Shown here: positions 44,126 through 58,374 of the stretch, piece after piece | Position numbering within the stretch: the first letter of the stretch is position 1 | How the letters are laid out: the number at the start of each line of letters is the position of its first letter | From: Octopus bimaculoides | Taxonomy: Eukaryota | NCBI RefSeq assembly: GCF_001194135.2 | Contig: NC_068981.1 | Location: forward strand, 99,299,132 to 99,363,131 | DNA length: 64,000 bases | Direction: 5' to 3' | Made by a program: the position numbers and the translations under genes | Notes under the pieces: generated by a model | The model's database searches: none | The model's input: the letters and a program-made list of their open reading frames with translations, nothing else | What the model was told of the DNA's origin: nothing

Positions 44126-47100
44126 CATATACATACACACACACATATATATATAACTAAACGTTTCAACTACATGTACTTATCACACTACTAATAGTCT
44201 CCCTTACATGCATATGTTCACCAAGCATGTACAGGAAACTATTAGTAGCATGATAAGTACATGTAGTTGAAATGTTTAGTAAAGCTGAACTCTTGTTGGA
44301 TGGAGTAGTCTTTGTATTGACTCTTATGCAGTTAATTTCTTATATTTATATATATACAGGAGTTGGACAAAATAATGGAAACACCTTAAAATTTCAAACA
44401 AATTTATTTGAATATGGGGTAGGACTGCCTTTGGCAGTAATTACAGCTTGAATTCTGTAGTATGGACTTGTACAAAGTTTGAATTGTTTCCATTCTTCAG
44501 CTAAAACAGTTTCCAGTTCTTGTAGTGATGATGGTGGAAGATATCAACTCCTTACTTGTTTTTCTAAAATGTGCCATAAATGTTCAATAATATTGAGATC
44601 TGGGGACTGTGGTGGCCAGATAAGATGTTCAACTTCACTAGAATGTTCTTCATGCCATTCAGTAACAACTTTAGCTGTGTGAATTGGTGCATTATCATCA
44701 TGAAAAATTGCATTTCCCTCTAGAAACAGTTCTGCAACCATAGGATGAATTTGATCAGATAAAATGCTTAAATAGTCTTGACTATTAATTCAGCAATGAA
44801 GGGAAACCACTGGTCCGGCAGATTTCCAAGATATAGCCGCCCCCCCGATCATCATAGATCCACCTCCATGTTTAACAGTTGGAAGGAGGCAGTCTGGGTC
44901 AAATGCTTCTTTTGGCTGTCTCCACGCGTATCTTGGCCGGTGGTCGGAAATAAGGTAAAGGATGACGTGTCCGAGAAAATAATATTCTTCTAGGGACCAA
45001 TTCTGTAGGTTTTTTACTCCACTCTAAACACTTTGCAACGTTTGTTTTTAAAAGTAGTGGTTTTCTGATTTCAGCCCTCCTGTGAAATCCAGCTTTGTGC
45101 NNNNNNNNNNAAGTAGTGGTTTTCTGATTTCAGCCCTCCTGTGAAATCCAGCTTTGTGCAGCTCCTGGCAAACAGTTTTTGTGGAAACTGGGTTCTCAAG
45201 GCAGTCATTGAGCTCTGCAGTAATTTTGGGAGCTGTACTTTTGTGTTCCTTTCTAACAATTCATGTAAGAGTCCAACGGTCCCTATCTGAAAGTTTTGGT
45301 TTACTTCCGGAGTTTTCTTTTGACAAGGAGGTTTTTCCCTCTTTCTCAAAGGCTGTCATTACTTTTGAGACAGTACTTCTTGATACACCAAACATTTTGG
45401 CTGTTTTCATTATGCTAGTACCTGCCATAAAGCACCAACAATTTGACCGCTTTCAAAGTCCAATAGATCTGTCATTTTAATTAACTTCTGATGATGATAT
45501 CTGAAAAGAATCATCAATTTGAGCAAAACATATTAAGCAACACTAATAATAACTCCAAAAACAGAAAAATAATCAAGCTTTTGACGATTTTATAGATATT
45601 TCAAAATTATGATGCTATGATCCTAGGTGTTTCCATTACTTTGTCCAACCCCTGTATAAATACATGCACACACATAGATATTTATAGTAAAATTGACAAA
45701 AAGAGTATAGTGAACTTGCTGTGATGTGTGGGAAATTTAACATTTCAGACAGTGTTCTTCTTCAAGGAAAATTTGAAAGAAGATAAGTAAATGATAGACA
45801 ACAGAGTCTTCAAGTTAAAAGAAAGAAAAATGGTTGCAACTGATAAGAAATGCAGGACCACATGAGCTTCATATACCAACAAAGAGTGGCAGGAGAAACA
45901 GTGTGAAAAGGAAGAAAGAAAGAGTTGCAGAATGAGGAGAAGTGGGCAAAGTCGAGAGTGAGGTCAAGAGAAAAGAGAAAAGAGGAGGTGAGAGAAGGGT
46001 TGAAGGATAAGAAAGGGTTTAATAAACTAAGAGGAGATGTAGGTGTTGAAGGAAAAATGTTCATTTAATCCTGTCAGTAACATGATGCCAAGTGTAAGGT
46101 AGGCCATAAGTGAACAGCAAATCTTTGCTCAATTCACCAGAGTTGTATGGTCATTATATGGATGACTGTGCCAGCATCACCCTTACCAGACAACTGCTCA
46201 ACAATTTTATCTCTTTGTTAAGATCTTTAGCTCTGCCTTGTAATTTATTTCCAATATTTCAGTTAGTTTTCTCAATGTCTTCATCACTATACACAATATC
46301 TACCTATCTATCTCTGTCCTGTTCAAACCTAATGACTCCTACTCCTACCTCCTGTACTCTTCTTCTCATCCCAAATCTTCTTGAACTGTTGTGGATCTGA
46401 CACTCCACCAGACCCAAGCCAGTCACTGTGCCACTGCTCTCCTATCACCTTTACACATGTCTATAGATAGTTTTCCAATCTCTCTCACCTTCCACCAGTC
46501 CATCTTCCCATTGAAAGATAAACTCATCCACAACTTCTCTATTCTACCTTCTGATCCCACAACCATTCCAATCTTTCCTGCATCACCTCTTCACAACTTT
46601 TAAAAAGATACAAAAATCTCAGGGATCTTTCAGTAAGAAGCTCCACAGCACCCAGCATCTCACAGCTAGGCACTGTTTAATTTGCTTACTGACAATGCAA
46701 CATCTGCCCCTACAGTACCAATATTGCAACAATTACTGAGAGCCTAAGACACAATATATTAATCAGAACTTCTGTTGCACATTGTCTAACCTGATATATT
46801 GCATCATATGCAAACTTTCCATTGCCCTTTACATTTGGGAAACAGATCAACACTTTACTGATCACTTTTAGGGGCATATTTGAAGCATACTACTATATAA
46901 ACCAGGCCAATCTGTTGCCACAAGCTTCAAAACTGCAAGCTATTTTATCACTCATTTTTCAGTGTGCAGCAATGGATCCTCATTCTAAAGGAAACAGTGG
47001 AAACGGTTCATGCTCAAACTTAAAACCATGTCACAGCTTTAAATAGATATACATGCTTACTATTTCTAAAGACAGAAATAAAAATTTAAAAATTCATGCA

Positions 47101-50100
47101 TATATCTATTTATATATGCACATTCTTTTATTCTTCTATTCTTTTGTTCCAGTCATTTGACTGTGGCCATGCTGTAGCACTGCCTTTTTGAACACTTCTC
47201 ATATACATTCTTACTGTTTATGAAAAACAGAAATAGATAATACAATATGATACAATTAAATTAAATAAAATATCATTTACGGACATATACTCTGACCATG
47301 AAGAGAGAATTGTAATTTATAATCAACCTGACCTCTTTTTTTTTATGTCCATTTCTTCATTTTTGTATTTTGTATTTTGATTACAATTGTACTTTGCCAC
47401 TTCATAAGCAGAGGTAAGTAGAATCTCTACTTGACCTTATAGGTAATGCTATTCATGGAGCAAATAGTGCCCTGCCCAACACGGGGTAAAACTATCCTGG
47501 ACCTCTGTTTCACAAATAACTTGACACCCATTTATAATGTTATGGCACACTGATGATTTTCTATGACTATAACTTAGTAGCACTAATGATGTATGATCCA
47601 CAGATAACTGCCAACATGTAGGCTACTAGAAGTACCCAACACCTTTCCAGCCTAAACTTTCATGAAGCTGATTGGAAAAGTATTTAGAAAGAGATCCTGG
47701 AATAGAACTAGTCTGCCAGTCTCTCTACACAGGATGTTGACATAAAGCTACAACACTTTATGACAATCATGCATGACATATGCAGTAAGTTTGCTCCAGA
47801 GAGAATGTCAAACCAACAGAAAAACATAATTCCCAGATTATACCAGTCCCCAAACAGGACGACACTGTATTGTTCCAAAGGTTCCACCCATCCTGACTAG
47901 AGTGAGGAGCGAGTACTGCGACAGTTTGAGATTCAAAGGCCCACAGCTATTAAATATCTTGTCAGAAAATCTGAGAGATCTACACGGAGCTAGGGTAGAT
48001 GTTTTCAAGAAGCAACTTCACTTCCTGCTGTTCAAGATTCCACATGAAACTACATCAGGGCGAGAAACTTAAAAGAGGGCAGCAATAACAAACTTCCTCC
48101 AATAATGAGAAAATGACCATTGAAAATGTGATGATACTAAAAGTGCCCCAGCATGGTCACAGCGTTTGGGCTGAAATGCATAAAAAATAAAAGAACATAC
48201 ATACATACATATACACACACACATATGTATTTGTATACACACACACACATATATATATATACACACACATAAACATCCACATACATCTATGCACACTGAC
48301 ACATATATGAATTTATGTGAAATGATAGAGAATCAACAAGTTGAAAAGAACAGGCCTTATTGTTATTGTAAAGTTAGAAGAAGTAAACAACTTTATAAGC
48401 AAAAATTTGGAGGAGTGTAATGGAAATAAGGAAGCACTAGAGCTAGCTTTTCTATTATATAATAATAATAATGTACAAAATGACATTATAAAACATTATA
48501 TCAAAAGAGTAGACCATCTTACCGTTTACATCTTTATCACAGTCTGATAAGAATCCACAGCAGTCTGGTGCATCACATGAATGTTGACTCTTCCAGTTTC
48601 GACGACCGGGATTCCTCTTTGGAGGTTCAATTCTAGTTGGATAACACAGGTTATTGCAATTGTAACAGATGCTCCTAGTTGTTGATTTTTGACCAAAGCC
48701 TCTGTAGATATGCAATGGAAACCACACAAAATACATCTAATACATATTTAAAATAGTGTTTTATTCCTCTACTTTAGGGATGTAGAGCTACAGGATACAA
48801 TATTCTCTAGTAACATAAACATGATGACACTTGTTTTCACTCAGACAATCTCATGCAAGAAGAAGAAGTGACAAGTTTTATGTACACACACACACGCACA
48901 AAATACGCACACACATACATGCACAGAACATGCATACACACACACAGCTGCATGGTTTAGCAGTCCACTTTCACAACCGCATGGGCCGGGAGATGCTGTG
49001 TAGTAGCAAAACATGGGCCCTAATGCAAAAGACATGTGAAAGTTGACTTTGCCTCTCATCCTTCCAGGGAGGTCAATGTAATAAATACCCATCGTGTACT
49101 GGAGTTGATGTTCTCTCCCCACCAAAATTTCAGGCCTTGTACTTATTGTAGAAAGGGTATTATCATTATTATAATAATAATTATTATTATTACTGAAGGC
49201 GGCAAGCAGGCAGAATTGTTAGCATGCCAGACAAAATACTTAGTGGCATTTCATGTCTTTACAGTCTGTCCAGCTTAACATTCTGAGCTCAAATTCTATC
49301 AAGATTGACTTTGCCTTTCACCCCTTGATTTAGTAGCCCACTTTCACAACCAACATGGGCTGGGCAAGTGTCTTATACTATTGTCTAAGAGCAACCAATG
49401 CCTTATGAGTCAAACTGGTGGATGGAAACTGTATGAAAGTCCCACTGTGTGTGCATGTTTGTGTGCGTTTTCATGTGTGCATGTACATGAAAGTTGTCAG
49501 TTCTACTTCTTGCATGTGATTGGCTGAGTTTAAGTGAGTGTCAGTGTGTTTATGTTATCAGTGAACACATTATATCCTGTAGCTCTACGTCCCTAAAGTA
49601 GTGGAATAAAGCCTTCTCCATGCTACTGCCAATCAACATCCATCCCTCATTCTCATCATCATCATTCTCTGCAACTCATATTTACCACCCCACCCCTGTT
49701 CACCATTCACTATATTCATCCCCAATTAATACATATAACAATCTCCAGCCCAAGTTTATATTGCTTTCACTCTCCTACTACACTCATGGAACCTTATCTA
49801 CCTACACCAATTCCTCTATATCCATGCTGCCTTCTATTCACCTTCTTGGACACATTATCTTGAGTGTATGTTCCAGTACTTTGGCACAACTAGATTCTCC
49901 TTTCTTCCGGGCACTACTCCAGCTATCCCCACCAACCCAAGTAAAACATGAGGTAACCATGCATCTCTTCCACAATAATATATTTGTTCTGGTTCCTCCC
50001 ATCATACACTAACCTCCCAACACACTGCATTAAATGATCACCTTATGTCCTATCTTCCCAATTAGTTGAAGTGGCTCCTTAGTTTTGCAAGCTACAAGAT

Positions 50101-50750
50101 AACCACACTAATGCTGGTGCCATATAAAACACATTCAGTACACTCTGAAAAGTTGTTGGTATTGGTGGTGTTAGGAAGGACATCCAACTATAAAGCCCAA
50201 GCCAAACTGAGACAGTAGAGCAAGATATGGTCCTCCAACCTGTTGGATTCTATCAAAACATCCAACCCTTGTCAGCATGGAAAGCAGATATAAAAATAAT
50301 GATGGTGTGTGTGTGTGCGCGTGCGTGCACATATTTAAAGAGCTTCTGCAAAATTACTGTCCAACAAATATTTCACTCGCAAAGCTCTGGTCCATTCAAA
50401 CCATTTGGCAGTTATTTAAATGAGCAGGGAAAGTGTGTGACAGGTAACAGTTGATATAAGTAGGATTTGAATTCAGAGCCATAAAGTGATGTTATAACTA
50501 GGATTCTGTCTGACATTCTATAAACTCTGTCATGTCTCATACTAACAAATAAAATAAATTGTGAAAACAAATAAATATCACTGTGTGGTAAGAAGTTTGC
50601 TCCTCAACCACATGGCTGCAGGTTCAGTCCCACTGTGTGGCACTTTGGGCAAGTGTCTTCTACTATAGCCCAAGGCCAGCCAAAGCCTTGGGAGTGGATT
50701 TGATAAAATGAAATTGGAAGAAGCTCATGGTGTGTGTATGTGTGTGTGTG

Positions 50751-50817
<67 letters not shown>

Positions 50818-53800
50818 CTGGAGCCTGGTGTTGCCATCCGGTTTCACCAGTCCTCAGTCAAATCGTCCAACCCATGCTAGCATGGAAAGCGGACGTTAAA
50901 CGATGATGATGATGATGATGATATATATATATATATTTATAGCTGTGTCTTTGTGTTTGTCCCTTGTCACAGCTTGACAAATGGTTTGGTTTGTTTACAA
51001 CCCAGTAACTTGGTTTGACAAAAATATGCTGATAAAATAAGTACTAGGCTTAAAAATATATGTACAGGGATCAATTTTTTTGACCAAACTCTTCAAGACG
51101 ATGCTTCAGCATGGCTGCAATCCAATGACTGAAACAAGTAAAGGATTAAAGATAAATGTTAGAAAATGAAATCAAAGGTGATTCAAACTTACCTGAATTC
51201 ATTGTTACAACTCTTACATACAAATACTGCACTTCCAAATTCAACATCTTTCGGGACAGGATCATACCGAACTTGGCATAGTTTACATCTTGAAACCTAG
51301 GAAAGATAGTATCTTCACATATAAATATCTACTTCAAGTTTAGGATGTGTGAATATGCATATACAGTACTGTGCAAAAGTTTTCAGCCATTTTAGACTAT
51401 TGTAAATTTCTAGTATTGCCAACTTATAAGTGGATGCTTTGCATTGCGTTTTTTACAGTTGAAACATTGACCCTATTGGAGTCATTTCCATACCTAATCA
51501 TTATATTTTGTAGTAGGAATTCTGAATGAGAGAGGAGGATGTGAGACAACCACAAAAAAATGGCCATGAAAAAGTTTTTGGCCACCTCACACAAAGCAAT
51601 CAAGATACAGTATTTTAAAACAGAAAAATGTCTATAATGAAAATTTATTACATAACGTTCATTTCAAGAAGTTACTGTATATTGGTTAATATTTCTTGTG
51701 GCTTCTCTTAGCTTGAATAATTGCTTCAATGTGCCTGGGAAGAAATGTGTATAAATCCTTCACCATCTTCACAGGTATGAGATGCCATTCTCTGTGGCTG
51801 AGCTCCCATAACTCTTCAAGATTGCATGGATTCTTCTGATGAACTCTTCTCTTTAGTTCTGACCACATATGCTCAATGATATTTAAGCCAGGGCTCTGAG
51901 CTGACCAATCTTTCAATACAGTAACACCTTCATCAGCCAGACTCTGTTATGTTGTATGCAATCTGTGGCATGGAGCTCCGTCATGCTGAAAAATCTCACC
52001 TTCATCCAAGTCTGGTACCAAATTGTCCTTCAGCAACTGGATGTATTTGGCACTATTCAAGTTACCATCAATTTTAACCAACTTTCTTGAACCATCACTT
52101 TTTATGTATCCCCAAAGCATCAGATTCTTACCCCCAAACGTCATTGTTTTTGTCATGTAACATGGGCCATTTGACTTCCCTGGAGGCTTTCTGACAAATT
52201 CTTGCTTATCAGAAACAGCTAAAATATAACAAACATTAAGTCCACTTTGAAATTCTAAGTTTTCTAAGAGCCACTATCATAGTGTTTTAGTCAATTATCA
52301 AGCACAGCATACCTACATCTCACATATATATGGCCTTGCATAGGGAGACTTGATTTTCTTTTTAGAACCAATAGATATTTCAAATTTCAAACCCGAACAG
52401 CTTTTGAATTCATTTAACACACATACACTACTATGCAAAACCCCTGCCCACCAACTTCTATATTCATGTGTAAGAGTTGCATAATGTAGTTTTATAAGCA
52501 ATATTCTTTTGAAGAAATATGCAACTCAATGCAAATCTCCTCCATAAAAATCTCTTTCCATTCCCCTAGGTTCATCACTATACAGATATACATGCCAGTG
52601 TGAAAGTACCTTTAACAAAGCCATGAGTCTGAAGCTTTGAAGCATCTCCAGTCACTTCAAACTACCAAGGCCATTGATACTCTCAATGCTGCTTTCATCA
52701 CCCTCAAACAAGAAGCCTCAGGGTTAACTCTTTAATCTCTGTTTTTAATCAATAGAAATATATCCTGATCTTCTGAAGCATGCTACAATATATTCCATTC
52801 CCAAAAAGTAATGTACCTAATATCTTTTTATACTCACATCCAAAACTCAAAGTTCATGGAAATAATCTTTAACAAATCTGAATCTCTCTCATTACTCATC
52901 ACCAGTTCATTTTTTTTTTTTTTTTTTTGTGAACCCAGAGCAACAGACCTACTCTCCTATGTAAATCATCACTGAACACTCATCCTCAAAAATTTGGTAA
53001 AGTCGGTCTTGTTATCCTCAATATCAACAAAACTTTAAAATGTGATGGGCAAATCTGGAAAAACTCAAAACTGTCCATTCATGGATTTCCCCCATTTCTT
53101 GTTTCTTGAATTATTATTGGCCTCTTGTCATATTGCACCATTGCAGTGTGCCCTGACAGAGCTCTCTCTGCTTCATATTTTATCAACTCTGATGTTCCCC
53201 ATGGTTTAGCTCCTATCAAGTGTCATTAACAGTCTGTCTGTGCAAATAATAACTATTATTCCTTCCCAACCTTCCATATGCAATCAAGACACTTTATGCC
53301 AATTCTACAATGATTCCATGAACAAAGACTTTAAAAATATGTTCCACTGAGTTCATGACAATCTTGTCTCTTTCAGCAGTAAGTTACAATCACTATAAAT
53401 ATCTGCCACCTCCTAAACCCAAACAGTATGTAACCAGAGGCCTCAAGGTCACTACAAATGTTAGGCTTCAGCATCATTGAAAATCTCTTTTGGCAAGCAC
53501 ACATCTTCATAATAGGCAAAACTGCTTCACAGAGACAAACTTACCTTTTCAGAGCCAAAAAAATTAATTCCCAACTACTACTAACTCTCTGCAAAGCCTA
53601 GGTGAAGTCCACAATGGTGTACTGTCCCCATATCTGTGCTGCCACTTCAAACTCAGACATCTTAGACAGCATTTAACGAAAGATCATCCAACATACCTCA
53701 ACTTCTGTCCTACTTCTGGATGTGCTCTCTTCCCTCAGTCTTTTCAATCACTACTACAGAGGCTTGTAATCTTTAGAACTGGATGATCTCATGCCACTTC

Positions 53801-56800
53801 CACTCAGGCAACTTTCACTCAAACCCTGCACTAATCACTATGTTCAGTCCTTCCTCTTCCAGAAAATCGGCCCTCTGAAATATGCTTTCCTTGCACATGT
53901 TTTTTCAGCAGTTGTTACCTTAAACAGCTCAAGATGAAGTTAACCATATCAACATTCCTAGTGCCAGAGGTCCCATGAAGGCTATAGACCCAGTTCCTTC
54001 TTCCAGACTAAATTAGTAAAAAATCAGTCACAATGGCTAATGTAAAGGTCAACCCTAGTATAGAGATAACACAAGATGGAGTTGAATTCAGTCTTGTGTG
54101 ACATTAAAACACTCATGCTGCCACCAAGAAACAGCACCCACTTAAAAGACAGATAGACCAGGCCATTTAGAGTTCAGTCTTTTGATACTTCAGCTGATTG
54201 ATTGTTTGATATCCTATTGCAGTTCCACACTGGCATTGAACATGTCAAACATTTTCCAATAGCAACAACAACAACTACTACACTACTACTGTTGCTGCCA
54301 TCACCATTATTCTTGTTACTGCTGCCACTGCAGCTGTTGACAACATCTTCAACAACAACAAGAGAGTATGTTCGTGTGTGATTTTATCTAAACTATTGAC
54401 TGCATAAGTGAAACAAAATAACCTGCCACCAGGAACTGAAAACATATTGAAGTCTCAAATTATAAAGAATTTTGGCCTTTTCAGTGCTCATCAGACAGGT
54501 AGGTAAAATATAACTATAAAACAGATTAAGATATGTAAAACTCACAGGTTTTCTCCTTGGGGTGACACGCCACCACATATTATTACAAGGAGGGCACGTA
54601 AACTGACGAATAGCTAAGCCAATGTAGTTTTGTTTAGCCTCTTCCACTAATTTATCATTATTCCTGATGTAGTTCAGTTTAGCAACCATGTCCTGAAAAA
54701 TTAACAATTTTTATTTTAAAAAATCAAAAATTTTGAATAATTAGAAAAAAAAAGAAAAAAGTAAAACATAAATGAAAAATATGCTAATTGAAAGTGTCAT
54801 TTGAACACCACCACCCTTATAAGACTTAATTTCTTTCTCCACCTCACAGATCAGTTCACCTGCACCACCAGAAATCTCATCAATTGAATTAAATACTGAC
54901 TAAGCAATCTTCTATATGTAGGAAAGACTGGGCAGAGATTAGCCAATAGGTTTAATAAGCATCATTAAAATGTTTGACTAGACAGCACAACAGTTTTTAT
55001 TATCCAGGCAAACTGAGATAGGAAGAGTTATGTGAGTTAGTCAAATACCGTATTATAGTTAGAGAGATGATTGAATTTATAACCATGAGGTTAGTTTGTC
55101 TGAAGTTGGGGGAAAATTATTAGGTCAGAAACAAGAATACATGGGTACTGCTGGGAAAGAATGTTGGAACATTTTTTTTACAGACTCAATTTTGTCTTTT
55201 CCATTTCCATTTCTTTAATTTGAGTAATATAACTTCTGATTAATGCTTTGAGACTAATTAAAGTTTCTTATCCGAGAAGTGTTATGTACTACAAAGTTTT
55301 AGGTCACAAAATGCTGCAGAGTAAGGAAAGTTTTTAAAATAGGTTAGCCTGAATTTAATACATAAAATAAGGTAAGGAGGGTGGAGTAGGATTTATGTAT
55401 GAAAAATTCATATTTCAGTAGAAGAAATCAGAAGATTAATGAAAACAAGAAAGAAGTAATGAAAGAAGTAAATGTAAATTATAACTTTTAATTAAAAATA
55501 AAATAAATACATTTCAATTAACATTGTCAAAATACTACTGTCATGTTCAAGATTTAGTCCACAGCACTGAAGAGAATATCATTTGAGATACATTTATAGA
55601 CAACATTCTAAGCATAAAATAGAAAAAGCAAGAAAAAAATTTTGTGTTCATTTATGAACCCTTAGAAACAAACTAATTCTAAAATAGATTAATGTTTACT
55701 TACAGCATCTTCTGTTAAAACACGGCATAATTCCTGGGTATCAGCTAAAAGAAAATATTCATAGTTTAATTTTGTGGATAAAGAGAATTAATGATGGGAA
55801 AACAACTCACAAACAATTAACAAGATAACTTTAATCTAAATGACATGAAAAATGTGTTAGAAAGTATATTTGACTATTAAAACATAATGAGGTTTCTCCA
55901 TATCTTATCTCAACAATACAAACTGTGCACTGCATGGACTACTTTTCAAAACCATACTAAAATTCCAGAGGATGTATCATCAAAGAATTATAGACTAAAA
56001 TATATAGATATACCACAGAGTTTTGAAAAAAAATCTTTAATAGCTACTATAATACATGAGTTTAATGTACAAAAATTATAAATCCCAATTGCTTTAAAAG
56101 AATAACTTTCCTAAGAAAACAGCAAGTTAAGTAGACAGGAATTTAATACAGTAAAAGAAAAATGTTTTCTTTTAGAATCAATATCAACATAACCGAGAAT
56201 ATGCAGAAACCAATTTCTACATTATTTACATTATTTATATTTGACAGATATTTGTCCTCATCTTGTTTGTTGTTAACACAACATTTCAGCTGATATACCC
56301 TCCAGCCTTCATCAGGTGTCTTGGGGAAATTTTGAACCTGAGTTCTCATTCCTAAGGTATTTTTCGATGTTATTATTATTACTATTAAGGTCACTGTCTG
56401 GAATCGAACTCGGAATCTTAGGGTTAGTAGCCCGTGCTCTTAACCACTACGCCATATGCGTTAACAACAAACAAGATGAGGACAAATATCCATCAAATAT
56501 AAATAATGTACATAATTCCTCATCTCTTAAATATAGAACTGTATTACCAATTTTCTGTTATCAAGGCACTGATCTAACACCATTTTTAAGCCCCAAGACT
56601 TATTTAATATTTTAGATATTTCCTGATCAAAAGTAATACAAAATAAGTATATTTGTAACAACCACTAGTGACTGAATTCATAGAAGAGCTTCTTGAATAA
56701 CTGGTGAATCTTAACTTACCATGCTTTCTATCCAACTACTTGCTTAACTATGTTTTTGTGTCTCATTCATTACTCCTCTGAATCTTAACTGTATCATCAC

Positions 56801-58313
56801 AACCATAATCAATGTTAAGTATAAACAGTCTTTCGTCATTTTTCTATATCACTTCTTGTAAGGTTTCAGGTCATGTAGAGACCTTTCATTTTGTTAATGA
56901 GATTTCTTTTCTCTCAGAGTGTTTAGTATCTCATATAGGATGCAAATCATCCGAAAAATTAGATATTAATAAAGGCTGTAAAATGGTTGAAGAACCTGTT
57001 GTTGTAGTGTAGTCTTGGTCAGTGAGGGTTAAGCAGAGCTATGGCACAAAATAGATTCAGCTGATCATTGATGCAATCCAATGACCAGCATTCCCAATTT
57101 TCCATGCTACTGTCAGGTTGAGGTCCATACTGGGCACTCTGACATGCATTCATTTATTATGTAGTTCTGGGGAATGAAGTGTGGCAGAATGAACTTCACA
57201 TAGCTATCCTCATCCATTTGTACCACATGACCATACCAGCGCAGTTGTTTCTCTTGCACACCACATCTGATGCTTCTTAGATCCAACTTTTCTCTCAAGG
57301 CACTTACACTCTGTCAAGTATGCACACTTACATTACACATCTACTGGAGCATACTGGCTTCATTCCTTGCAAGCTTACGCATGTCCTCAGCAGTCACGGC
57401 CCATGTTTCACTGCCATGTGGCATGGCTGTTCATACACATGCGTCATACAGTCTGCCTTTTACTCTGAGCGAGAAGCCCTTTGTCACCAGCAGAGGTAAG
57501 AGCTCTCTGAACTTTGCCCAGGCAATTCTTATTCTAGCAGCTACACTTTCAGCGCACCCTCCACTGCTACTTATTTGGTCACCTAGGTAACAGAAGCTAT
57601 TAACTTCTGGAATGTGGCAGAAGTTGTTCTCTGCACATTTTCAATGTTTATTGCTCCTGAGCATCTGCCACACACAAAAGCTATCTTCTTAGTTAGTCTT
57701 CCTTTGATATTGCTGCACCTCTCATGTGTCCATAGCTTACACTGGGTACATCTTATAGAGTTTCTACCTATGCCTTATCTACAGATCGAGCAGGGCCATC
57801 TACCTGAAGGGGTTTGTGATTTGTCTACCTTCTTACTTATTAGGACTTTGGTCTTAGCTAGGTTGCCTCTAAGGCCCTTCGATTCTAATCGTTGCTTCCA
57901 CACCTGAAACTTCTCCTCCACATATTTTACACCATAGCGAAGACACGATNNNNNNNNNNNNNNNNNNNNNNNNNNNNNNNNNNNNNNNNNNNNNNNNNNN
58001 NNNNNNNNNNNNNNNNNNNNNNNNNNNNNNNNNNNNNNNNNNNNNAAAGAAATTTGAAAAGAAAATACGAAACCGGTTATTTCTCCAAAAACAATGTTAC
58101 TATATTCTTTACTCTTTTACTTGTTTCAGTCATTTGACTGCAGCCATGCTGGAGCACCACCTTTAGTCGAGAAAATGGACCCCAGGACTTATTCTTTGTA
58201 AGCCTAGTACTTATTCTATAGATCTCTTTTTGCCGAAGTGCTAAGTTATGGGGATGTAAACACACCAGCATCAGTTGTCAAGCGATGGTGGGGGGACAAA
58301 CACAGACACACAA

Positions 58314-58374
<61 letters not shown>

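Noticed and set aside
45051-45160. 50-bp direct duplication inside the Tc1
   Set aside because: The copies flank a 10-N spacer; typical contig-overlap artifact
48590-48600. Internal alternative acceptor (AAGAG|TCAACAT) that would mimic the human short SHFL isoform
   Set aside because: In frame, but GAG acceptor with no polypyrimidine tract; unsupported without reads
50604-50899. YIYIYI/CVCV ORFs here and elsewhere
   Set aside because: Translations of (TA)n/(CA)n microsatellites and SINEs
56389-56459. Possible tRNA gene on the minus strand
   Set aside because: A and B boxes are present but there is no paired acceptor stem, and it is embedded in a repeat with a hammerhead; treated as a SINE head
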